From: Alphaproteobacteria bacterium
GTDB lineage: Bacteria; Pseudomonadota; Alphaproteobacteria; Rickettsiales; SXRF01
DNA: 61,121 bases
Direction: 5' to 3'
Assembly: GCA_020054105.1 (NCBI GenBank)
Contig: JAGVLW010000013.1
Span: 1 to 61,121 of the forward strand
Positions 46,788 to 55,562 of the stretch are shown here, piece by piece. The translations under genes and the position numbers were made by a program. The notes under the pieces are model-generated. The model did no database searches. It was given only the letters and a program-made list of their open reading frames with translations, and was not told where the DNA came from. The stretch's first letter is position 1. The number at the start of each line of letters is the position of its first letter.

Positions 46788-48034
46788 TTTTTATCTCCTA
46801 ATGTAAGGCCGAGCGTCATGATTTCCGGCGTTTTTCCTTCCATAATGTCGGCGACGATTGCGGCGCTGCCCGCCGCCTGCGTCCAGCCCAGCGTGCCACG
46901 ACCGCTATTGAGAAATAAATTGGGATACCGTGTTCTGCCGAGAATGGGCGCACCGGTTGGAGTCGACGGGCGCAGACAGGCCCATTTTTTGATTTCCTGT
47001 TGCCAGTCGGCCTTGGGGAAAAGTTTTTTCGCGGCGGCCATGATGGGGGTAATGCGCCCTTCGTTGATTTTAGTGTTATAGCCGGCGAACTCGGCCGTAC
47101 CGGCGATGCGCAAGCGGTCGCCCAGGCGGCTATAGACGATTTTATAAGTGCCGTCGGTGATGCTCATATTCGGGCAATGCTCATTGGCGTTAAGGGTGAG
47201 GCTGTAACCTTTCATCGGGTAAATCGGCAGGTCGATGCCTATCTGGCGCAGGTAAAGCGGCGCATAGGATCCCATCGCCATCACGAAAGCGTCGGCGGTG
47301 ACGTCGCCTTGCGACGTTTTGACCGCGGCCATGCGGTTCTGCTCGGTTACCAGCCGGTCAATCGAAACGCCATATCGGAATTGCACGCCGTATTTTTCGG
47401 CGATATGCGCGGCAAGGTTATTGCAAAACATATAAGCGTCGCCGCATTCATCCATATCGGCATGCATGCCGCCGATGAGAATGCGGTCGGTATACGCCAG
47501 CGTCGGCTCCATCTCCAGACATTGCTCGCGTGTGAGTACCTTCTGGTTGCAGCCGAACTTCGCCTGAAAATCATTCTGGCGCCTGGCATGCTCGAATTCA
47601 TGCTGAGTACTGAAAATATGCAAAACGCCGGTAGCGGAAAAATCGAATGCGATGTTGGTGGCGGCGCGCAGCTGCGCCATCTTCTGGCGGCTATAGAGCC
47701 CCAGGCGCAGCATGTTGACGCAATTCGAATCGGCGCGCGCGGGCGTGCAATTGCGCAAAAAACCAAGCCCCCAGCGCATCATCTGCCAATCGGCGCGGGG
47801 ACGCAGTACCAGTGGCGCGTCGGAACGCAGCATCCAGCCCGGTAATTTGGGCAGCACCGCCGCATTCGCCCACGGCTCGGCATGGCTGTAGCTTAGCTGG
47901 CCGCCATTGGCGTAGCTCGTTTCGGCGCCGCTGGTGGATTGCCGGTCGAGCACCACGACTTCGGCGCCGCGTCGCGCCAACTCATAGGCCGTTGTTACGC
48001 CAAGCAAGCCGGAGCCAAGAATCGCTATTTTCAT
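46784..48034 (-). CDS. dadA: D-amino acid dehydrogenase
   Basis: GSGLLG FAD motif, ETSYANGGQLSYS, IYPMKGYS, LRIAGTAE, WACLRP and LGWT. Confidence 0.9.
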   Translation of the reverse strand: MKIAILGSGLLGVTTAYELARRGAEVVVLDRQSTSGAETSYANGGQLSYSHAEPWANAAVLPKLPGWMLRSDAPLVLRPRADWQMMRWGLGFLRNCTPARADSNCVNMLRLGLYSRQKMAQLRAATNIAFDFSATGVLHIFSTQHEFEHARRQNDFQAKFGCNQKVLTREQCLEMEPTLAYTDRILIGGMHADMDECGDAYMFCNNLAAHIAEKYGVQFRYGVSIDRLVTEQNRMAAVKTSQGDVTADAFVMAMGSYAPLYLRQIGIDLPIYPMKGYSLTLNANEHCPNMSITDGTYKIVYSRLGDRLRIAGTAEFAGYNTKINEGRITPIMAAAKKLFPKADWQQEIKKWACLRPSTPTGAPILGRTRYPNLFLNSGRGTLGWTQAAGSAAIVADIMEGKTPEIMTLGLTLGDKK

Positions 48035-48231
48035 TATAATACAGCATGTTGAATTAATAAAAAGGCATGACCGGAAAATGTTCGGATATTTTTCGGTTCA
48101 TTGCCTACAACTATTATGGCGACTGCCATAAAACTGCAACAAAACTATGCTACCATGTGTGAGATAAGAATTTCGTTCATTGTTTCTTAAACAACCTATT
48201 GTAAACGTTAATTTCTCTAAGGAGTCGCTTC

Positions 48232-48534
48232 ATGTCAGGTTCCGGCCGCCTTCAATCCGATCCGTTGTTCCAGGGGCTTACCCGCCCGACCATGATTCTC
48301 GGCGTCAGCTACATGTATTTCGTCATCAATGCGGCGGTATGTTTGATTTTCTTCATCAACATGCAAAGCTTCAAGGTGCTGTTCATCGTCGGCCCGGTCG
48401 TGCATCTCATCGGCTACCTGATTTGCCTCAAGGAGCCGCGCGCCATCGAACTGTTCATACTGAAAATCCAGAAGGGCTATAAATGCGTCAACCGCGGCTA
48501 TCATGGCTTCACCAACTCCTATGACCCCTATTAA
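48232..48534 (+). CDS. virB3: Type IV secretion protein VirB3
   Basis: DPLFQGLTRPTMILGVS, two TM segments, directly upstream of virB4. Confidence 0.92.
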   Translation: MSGSGRLQSDPLFQGLTRPTMILGVSYMYFVINAAVCLIFFINMQSFKVLFIVGPVVHLIGYLICLKEPRAIELFILKIQKGYKCVNRGYHGFTNSYDPY

Positions 48535-48542
48535 TTGAGACT

Positions 48543-50972
48543 ATGAAACACACCTTCCAACGCCGCAAAACGCAAAAAGCCGCCTATTCGAAGCTCGAGA
48601 TTCCGGCTTCGACGTTCATTCCCTACCATCATCACTGGGACAGGGAGACCATCGTCACGCACAAGAAAGAATTTTTGCAGATCATCAAACTTGATGGGTT
48701 CTCGTTCGAGACGGCCGACGACGAAGACGTCGACATGAAAAAGATGGTGCGCAATTCGCTGCTCAAGAGCATGGCCGACGGCACGTTCGCTGTCTGGTTC
48801 CATTGCATCCGCCGCCGCCAGAGCGCCTATCCCGGTGGCAAGCAGCCGCCAGGATTCGCCGCCTATGTCGATAAATTATGGCGCGACAAGCACCATTCCA
48901 AAGATTCTTACATCAACGAGTTGTACATCACCGTCGTGCGCACCGCCGACACCAAAGGCGCCGCGAAAGTGCAGCATTTCCTGCAAAAAGCCAACGAGGC
49001 GGCCAATAAAGCTGCGCAGATCGAAGCGATGCGCGAAACGCAGAAAGAGCTTTCGGAAGCGGTCAACCGGCTGGTGGCGACGCTGAAGGATTACGGCGCG
49101 CGCCTGCTCACCACATACGAAAACGAGCATGGCGTGTTTTCCGAGCCGATGGAGTTCCTGGCGCGGCTGGTCAATTGCGGCTTCACCCAGCCCATCCGCT
49201 ACAGCGCGACCAACATCGCCCAGACGCTGCCGATCTATCGCCTGTATTTCGGCGCGCGCGCCATCGAGGTCTCCGGCGCTACGAAAAAACGCTATGCCGG
49301 CATCATCAGCATCAAGGAATATGCGCCGGCCACCGCCGCCGGGCTGCTCGACGGATTCTTGCAATTGCCGTTCGAATTCATCATCTCGCAATCCTACAAA
49401 TTCACCAACCGCAGCGCCAAGATCAGCAACATGCAGATCAAACAGCGGCGCATGATGGCGGCGGAAGACGCAGCCATCTCGCAGATCGCCGAAATCAGCG
49501 ACGCACTCGACATGCTGATGAGCGGCCATGTCGGCATCGGCCCGCACCAGCTGACCGTGCTGTGCTACGAGGAGTCACTGCCGGAACTGGAAAAAATCCT
49601 TTCCCAGGCCATCGCCGAGCTCGTCAATATCGGTATCAACCCCGTGCGCGAAAAATTCGTGATGGAGCAGGCCTACTGGGCGCAATTGCCCGCCAATTTC
49701 GATTTGATCGGACGCGGCGCCGACATCAGCACGATGAACCTGGCCGGCTTCGCCAGCCTGCATAACTATCCGACCGGCAAGATCGACGGCAACCATTGGG
49801 GCGACGCGGTGACGGTGTTCGACACCTCATCGGGCACGCCGTATTTCTTCAACTTCCACAACCGCGACGTCGGCCATACCACCATCATCGGCCCGACCGG
49901 CGCCGGTAAAACCGTGCTGCTCAACTTCCTGTGCGCGCAAGCGCAGAAATTCAACTGCCGGACGTTCTTCTTCGACAAGGATCGCGGCGCCGAGATTTTC
50001 ATCCGCGCCATCGGCGGCAAATTTACTATTATCGAGCCGGGCAAGAAATGCCATTTCAACCCACTGCAACTGCCCGACACGCCGGAAAACCGGACGTTCC
50101 TCGCCGAATGGCTGCATGTGCTGGTCACAGTAAATGACGAGCCGTTTACCGCCGAGGACATGGACCGCATCAACGAGGCGGTGGCCGGCAATTACAAGCT
50201 GCATAAAAAAGACCGCGTCTTGCGCAACATTGCCGCCTTCATGGGCATCGAAGGGCCGGGCACGCTGGCCGGGCGATTGAGAATGTGGCACAGCAGCGGG
50301 CCCTATGCCGGACTGTTCGACAATGACACCGACATCATCGATTTCTCGATGGGCAACGGTTTCGGCTTCGAGATGGGCGAGGTGCTCAAGGAGCGCGTCA
50401 GCCTGGAGCCGACGCTGCTGTATTTATTCCACCGCATCAGCCTGTCGCTCGACGGCACGCCGACTATTATCGTCCTCGACGAAGCCTGGGCTCTGATCGA
50501 CAATAAAATATTTTCCGGCCGCATCCGCGACTGGCTCAAGACGCTGCGTAAGCTCAACGGCATGGTGGTGTTCGCCACGCAGAGCGTCGAGGACGCAACC
50601 AACAGCGCCATCAGCGAAACGCTTATCCGGCAGACCGCTACGCAGATTTTCCTGCCCAACCCGAAAGCCACCGAAGGCTACAAAAAAGCCTTCATGGTCA
50701 GCGACCGCGAGTTCAACCTGCTCAAGACCACCGATCCCGGCAGCCGCTATTTCCTGGTCAAGCAGGGCAAGCATGTCGTGGTTGCGCGCATCGATTTGAG
50801 CGACATGGACGACGTCATCAACGTGCTCTCCGCCCGCGCCGAAACCATCAGCATCCTCGATACGGTACGCAGCGAAGTCGGCGACGCGCCGGAAGCATGG
50901 ATGCCGATTTTCCAGGAAAATGTCAGGTTAGAAAGAGAAAAATTTGCCGCCAAAGAAACAAAAAAATACTAG
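48543..50972 (+). CDS. virB4: Type IV secretion ATPase VirB4 (Rickettsiales RvhB4a-like)
   Basis: GFSFETADDED, Walker A GPTGAGKT, FDKDRG, Walker B LDEAW, and RKLNG..VFATQS. Confidence 0.96.
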   Translation: MKHTFQRRKTQKAAYSKLEIPASTFIPYHHHWDRETIVTHKKEFLQIIKLDGFSFETADDEDVDMKKMVRNSLLKSMADGTFAVWFHCIRRRQSAYPGGKQPPGFAAYVDKLWRDKHHSKDSYINELYITVVRTADTKGAAKVQHFLQKANEAANKAAQIEAMRETQKELSEAVNRLVATLKDYGARLLTTYENEHGVFSEPMEFLARLVNCGFTQPIRYSATNIAQTLPIYRLYFGARAIEVSGATKKRYAGIISIKEYAPATAAGLLDGFLQLPFEFIISQSYKFTNRSAKISNMQIKQRRMMAAEDAAISQIAEISDALDMLMSGHVGIGPHQLTVLCYEESLPELEKILSQAIAELVNIGINPVREKFVMEQAYWAQLPANFDLIGRGADISTMNLAGFASLHNYPTGKIDGNHWGDAVTVFDTSSGTPYFFNFHNRDVGHTTIIGPTGAGKTVLLNFLCAQAQKFNCRTFFFDKDRGAEIFIRAIGGKFTIIEPGKKCHFNPLQLPDTPENRTFLAEWLHVLVTVNDEPFTAEDMDRINEAVAGNYKLHKKDRVLRNIAAFMGIEGPGTLAGRLRMWHSSGPYAGLFDNDTDIIDFSMGNGFGFEMGEVLKERVSLEPTLLYLFHRISLSLDGTPTIIVLDEAWALIDNKIFSGRIRDWLKTLRKLNGMVVFATQSVEDATNSAISETLIRQTATQIFLPNPKATEGYKKAFMVSDREFNLLKTTDPGSRYFLVKQGKHVVVARIDLSDMDDVINVLSARAETISILDTVRSEVGDAPEAWMPIFQENVRLEREKFAAKETKKY

Positions 50973-52554
50973 CTTTCTGCGCGTCCTGACCCTGCTTGCC
51001 CTGGCATGGTTGCCTGCGATGTTGTGGGCGCAACCCGCCAGCGCCTACGATTTTACCACTCGGATAGATGCCACCAGCTGGTGGACGGGTAGGGTATGCC
51101 CTATCAATAGAGCGCTGGAAGGTGCCTATCCCGAACAGAATATTATCAATTACGGCCTGACCAAACGCATTGTCATTTGCGTGAAAGAAAACGTTGTGCA
51201 GGCCGTCTACAAATTTCTGGTGCCGTTTTCCGCATTTCTTTCCAGCACGATTGCCGCCGCGCTTACCCTGGCCGTCGCTTTCTGGGGCGTAGGCATGATG
51301 ACCGGCAGGCAGGACGCGCCGGTGCGCGGCATGTTTGTGCTTGCCGTCAAGATCGGCGCGGTGGTGATGTTTACCGCCAGCTTCGGCGCATCTTATTTCC
51401 TGTCGTTTGAAGGTGGCCTTTTCGGCGCGCTGCTGGACGCCATGGAATGGCTGCTTACCGTAGTCACTTCTTATATCTGCGCTTCCCAGGCCATCAGCTG
51501 CCCCGTCGGATCAGGCAGCCTGGTGGTGTGGGACAGCATCGACTATACTCTTGAAAGCCTGATCGGCGGGATTTTTCCACTCAACGGCAGCGCGCCCGGA
51601 TTCACATTATCTTTTGGCCTGACCGGCTTTTTGCTCACCTGCTTGTTTTCCGGCACCATCGGTATTTTTATCGCCCTGCTTGGGTTTTACCTGGTGATTA
51701 AATTCATTTTCGCGCTGATCCGCGCGATGTATATTTTCATCATTGCCTATATTGCGTTCTCGCTGATGATTCTTGTTTCGCCAATTTTTATCACGCTGAT
51801 CCTGTTCCGCCCGACCAAGGCCTATTTCGAAAAATGGTACAGGCTGACCTTCAGCTTCGCGCTGCAGCCGGTGCTTCTGTTCGCTTATCTCGCCATGCTC
51901 GTCGCTGCGTTCGACACGGTGGTCTATACCGGCGACCGGTCGCTTTACCGGGCACTCGCCGGCGATCATTTCAGTGATCCCAATTTTCAGCTCGGCGCGT
52001 CGCTCATCGGCGCACAAGCGAATGGGAAATATGCTATTGTCGAAAATGCGCAGGGTGAATTCGCGGTCAAGCTCGACCCCGAGCAAGTCGCCAAAGATTT
52101 GCATATCGGCACCGTCGATACCGGCGTGGCCGGCGTCATCGGCGAAGTCATCACGACCGATGCCGACTGGACCGGTCCCGGCGGCATTTTCGGATTTTTG
52201 AATCGCGACCCCAACACCGGGCAGACGACAAAGAATTTCTTCAAGGTCGACGTACCGACAAAAGTGGTGGATTGGGAGACGCTGGCCGCTTGGAGCGGGG
52301 CGAGCAACGTGACCTCTTACCTGGTCAACCTGCTGCTGACGCTGATTATGGCGGTGATTACCGCCTACATATTCTTTACCATGCTGGATTACCTGCCGTT
52401 CATCGGCAGCGGTATCGCTGGCGATTCCGGCACAACGATGCCGATATTCGGTGTCAATTCGCGCGGCAATAACCTCGGCGTGCCGGGCAGCAGTTCCTTC
52501 ACGAAACTCAGGGATAATCTCTCGCGGAGATTTGGCGTGGGGGGAGGGCAATAA
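50944..52554 (+). CDS. virB6: VirB6/TrbL family inner-membrane protein, copy 1
   Basis: Signal peptide, multi-TM core with SPIFITLILF..TKAYFEKW...LQP. Follows virB4. Start uncertain. Confidence 0.8.
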   Translation: MPPKKQKNTSFLRVLTLLALAWLPAMLWAQPASAYDFTTRIDATSWWTGRVCPINRALEGAYPEQNIINYGLTKRIVICVKENVVQAVYKFLVPFSAFLSSTIAAALTLAVAFWGVGMMTGRQDAPVRGMFVLAVKIGAVVMFTASFGASYFLSFEGGLFGALLDAMEWLLTVVTSYICASQAISCPVGSGSLVVWDSIDYTLESLIGGIFPLNGSAPGFTLSFGLTGFLLTCLFSGTIGIFIALLGFYLVIKFIFALIRAMYIFIIAYIAFSLMILVSPIFITLILFRPTKAYFEKWYRLTFSFALQPVLLFAYLAMLVAAFDTVVYTGDRSLYRALAGDHFSDPNFQLGASLIGAQANGKYAIVENAQGEFAVKLDPEQVAKDLHIGTVDTGVAGVIGEVITTDADWTGPGGIFGFLNRDPNTGQTTKNFFKVDVPTKVVDWETLAAWSGASNVTSYLVNLLLTLIMAVITAYIFFTMLDYLPFIGSGIAGDSGTTMPIFGVNSRGNNLGVPGSSSFTKLRDNLSRRFGVGGGQ

Positions 52555-53942
52555 TGGTATTCCGCCTCCGCTTCGTCACAATAAGCATCACGGTATTGGC
52601 AACCCTATTATTTTGCTTGCCGTCGAATGGCCATGCAGCGCCTCCGCCAGACGACTGGCAGCCGATCGATTCTCCCCATTTCGACATTACGACCTGTGCC
52701 AGCAACCCGCAAAACTATCAGGGGCTAGCCATTCTCGATCATAACTTCACAACCAAGATCATTACTTGCATCAAGGGCACGATTCAGGCCGCCATGCACA
52801 ATTTACTGGTAGGAATTTCAGAATTCATGCTGCCGATCACCGGCGCCGTATTCACATTGGCGGTTGCCGTTTTCGGCATTCGCATCATGGGCGGTGAGAG
52901 GCAGCTCATGCCCAAGGCCATAGGATTCCTGATCCGTATGGGGCTGATCGTGATATTCAGCTACAACCTGGGAAATCTGGACGGATGGATATTGGCAATA
53001 TTCGACGAATTAAGCGTCATGGGCACACCGAACGGGTTTAGCCCGTGGGAAAGCATCGACGAATATTTAGGGATTTTTCTCGGTTTTGCTTCAGGCTATT
53101 CGCTGGTGACCGGCTTTATCGGCCTGCTGACCGGCGCGCTCTTCTCATCGACCACCGGCATATTGCTGTTCCTCTCCGGGTTGCTGGCCATCGCCAATGT
53201 ATTATTTTTTGTGGTGCGCATTATTTTTACCTATTTGAGCGCCTATCTGATTGTGGCGTTCATGATCGTTATTTCGCCGTTTATCATACCGCTTGCGATG
53301 TTTTTCTGGACCGAGCGTTATTTCACCAAATGGCTGCATATTTTATTTTCGGCGATGCTGACCCCCATGCTGCTCTTTGCCTTCCTGGCCATGTTCATGG
53401 GCATTTTCTCCCATCTTATCGGAGAGGTTTTTTGCGTGATCGGCTTTAGGATAACCGCATTATTCAACGCCGGCTTGAATTTACCGGCGGCGTGCGATGG
53501 GCTGCCGGCCGATGCGCCGCTCGATTTCCGCGCTTTCTTCAAGCTGAATCAGCCGCTATTTTCCTGGCTCATGCCGGCAGATCCGGGCGCCGATTCGGAC
53601 TTGCGTGTCATGTCGAACCCCAATGCGCTGGGCGATCCGGCAATCCAATCGAATATTGCTCCGCTATTCAGACGGGCGCAGGATACGGGCACGTTCAACC
53701 TGCCGGGCATCAGCTTCGGCACACACGATGTGCAGATTACGCAGACCTTGATTTTCGCTTTCGTCAAGCTCTGGGTTTTTGCCACGCTCATGATGTCGAT
53801 CGTCAGGAAGATACCGGCCATCGCAAGCGATATCGCCGGTGTCAGCACGGTGGTGAGCATGGGGCCGACCTCGTATGAGACCGGAACCAAGAACCTACTC
53901 AACGAAACAAGAAATAAATTTGCGGATGGGCTGGCAAAATGA
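52554..53942 (+). CDS. virB6: VirB6/TrbL family inner-membrane protein, copy 2
   Basis: SPFIIPLAMF..TERYFTKW core and KIPAIASDIAG tail. Confidence 0.8.
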   Translation: MVFRLRFVTISITVLATLLFCLPSNGHAAPPPDDWQPIDSPHFDITTCASNPQNYQGLAILDHNFTTKIITCIKGTIQAAMHNLLVGISEFMLPITGAVFTLAVAVFGIRIMGGERQLMPKAIGFLIRMGLIVIFSYNLGNLDGWILAIFDELSVMGTPNGFSPWESIDEYLGIFLGFASGYSLVTGFIGLLTGALFSSTTGILLFLSGLLAIANVLFFVVRIIFTYLSAYLIVAFMIVISPFIIPLAMFFWTERYFTKWLHILFSAMLTPMLLFAFLAMFMGIFSHLIGEVFCVIGFRITALFNAGLNLPAACDGLPADAPLDFRAFFKLNQPLFSWLMPADPGADSDLRVMSNPNALGDPAIQSNIAPLFRRAQDTGTFNLPGISFGTHDVQITQTLIFAFVKLWVFATLMMSIVRKIPAIASDIAGVSTVVSMGPTSYETGTKNLLNETRNKFADGLAK

Positions 53943-55363
53943 TGTTACGTTCAAATATGCACTCATCGTCTACCAAGCGTTTCTGGCCATTGCTGTGCCT
54001 GGCGCTTTTATTCCTCGTCATGTCGCCCGACCTTGCTTTCGCGCAAGCGGCGACGCCGGACGGCACCTGCACGACTGATCCGCAATTCATTATTCCCGAT
54101 GTGCCGGCGGGGCAGGGACTGCTTTCGACCATCGTGACGGACATTCAAGATACGCTGAGCGGCATTTCGCAAGCCATGTTCCAGACGATTGCCGGCGACG
54201 GCGGCTTTCAACAAATCGCACGGGCGGTGCTGACGCTCTACATTGCCGTCTACGGCATTTTATTCACTTTCGGCATGGTGCAATTGACGCTGTTCGATTT
54301 CGGCGTGCGCATGATCAAAGTCGGCATCATCGTTACCTTATTATCTCCCGGGGCATGGGGATTCTTCAACAACAATGTGGTAACGTTTTTTAACGACGGC
54401 ACCGACGAGATCATCGCCGAAGTCACGAGCATATCCGTAGGTGGTATCAGCGTTCCTTACGACCCGCAAAGCGGCAATGCCTATCCTTTCGCCGCGCTCG
54501 ACGGTGTTATTGCCAAGGCCGTATCGGCAAAAATGTGGATTACCTTGCTTGCGATCGTGTTCACCGGCCCGTACGGCGTGATTTTTGCCCTGCTGCTCGG
54601 TTTTGCGCTGCGGGCGCTCATCGCCGCGCTGTTGACCGCCATGTGGGTCTATTTGATGTCACTGGTGATCAAAACGCTGCTGTTCGGCCTGGCGCCCATA
54701 TTCTTAGTGTGCATTTTATTCAACCGAACGCGCCATATTTTCGACGGCTGGCTGAACCAGGTGGTCAATGCCTGCCTGCAGCCGATCCTGTTATTCGTGT
54801 TCTTCGCATTCTTCATCAAGCTGATGGAAGGCTCCATCGATAATATCATTACCTACGATTCGCCCTCGAACCCGCCGCCGGTCTGCTGGACGGAAGCCGC
54901 CGACAGCGTTCGCGGCACGCCGTTCGAGAAGCATTACTGGCGGTTTAACATTCGCAATTCCGCCGGCGAATACGAGCAATATGGCGGCCTATGGTCGTGG
55001 ACGGGCCCGGAAGTGGACAGCAATGGCCAGACGTTGCCGGTCTTCCCGCTCGACCTGCTCAACATTCTCATCTTCCTGATGCTGGCCGAGCTTGCCACCC
55101 GCTTTAACAGCGTCGTGATACAAATCGCGAAGGATCTCGCCGGCGCCAGCACCGACCTGATGAGTATGCAAGGCTCGCTATCGCAATGGTTCTCGCCCGC
55201 CGGCGGCAGGCAGGGCTCGCTGACGCAATCGCTTTCTGGTATTGGCAGCCGCGGTGTTCCCGGTAGTAGTAGTGAGGCGCAACGAAGTATAAACGATATT
55301 CAAAATAAAGGCGCGGTGCAAAAGCTAACCGATCAACTCAGCAACATGAGTAATCAACGTTAG
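53939..55363 (+). CDS. virB6: VirB6/TrbL family inner-membrane protein, copy 3
   Basis: APIFLVCILFNRTRHIFDGWLNQ...LQP core, typical of Rickettsiales VirB6. Confidence 0.85.
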   Translation: MMLRSNMHSSSTKRFWPLLCLALLFLVMSPDLAFAQAATPDGTCTTDPQFIIPDVPAGQGLLSTIVTDIQDTLSGISQAMFQTIAGDGGFQQIARAVLTLYIAVYGILFTFGMVQLTLFDFGVRMIKVGIIVTLLSPGAWGFFNNNVVTFFNDGTDEIIAEVTSISVGGISVPYDPQSGNAYPFAALDGVIAKAVSAKMWITLLAIVFTGPYGVIFALLLGFALRALIAALLTAMWVYLMSLVIKTLLFGLAPIFLVCILFNRTRHIFDGWLNQVVNACLQPILLFVFFAFFIKLMEGSIDNIITYDSPSNPPPVCWTEAADSVRGTPFEKHYWRFNIRNSAGEYEQYGGLWSWTGPEVDSNGQTLPVFPLDLLNILIFLMLAELATRFNSVVIQIAKDLAGASTDLMSMQGSLSQWFSPAGGRQGSLTQSLSGIGSRGVPGSSSEAQRSINDIQNKGAVQKLTDQLSNMSNQR

Positions 55364-55424
55364 TAATATTGCTTTCTTGGTATTCCTATTGTAAAGTTAG
55401 CCCTGAATTTTGAAGGAAACGCTT

Positions 55425-55556
55425 ATGAAAAAATGGATTTTACTTGGACTGCTGGCGATCGCTGCAACCGGTTGCGCCAGCAAGCAGCCGGATCTTAAGA
55501 GCCCGTGCGTCGGCGCTGAAGGCAGCCCCTGCGAGCGCCGCACCGTCAATACTTAG
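55425..55556 (+). CDS. virB7: Small lipoprotein, VirB7 (RvhB7/DUF2706-like); missing from the ORF track
   Basis: MKKWILLGLLAIAATGCASKQPDLKSPCVGAEGSPCERRTVNT: lipobox ATGC, KSPCV..SPC.RR.VN motif, RBS GAAGGA. Confidence 0.8.
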   Translation: MKKWILLGLLAIAATGCASKQPDLKSPCVGAEGSPCERRTVNT

Positions 55557-55562
55557 CGTTGA

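Noticed and set aside
48070-48131. Hairpins in the dadA/virB3 divergent spacer as a riboswitch or sRNA
   Set aside because: Only two short imperfect stems, with no recognisable aptamer or terminator features.
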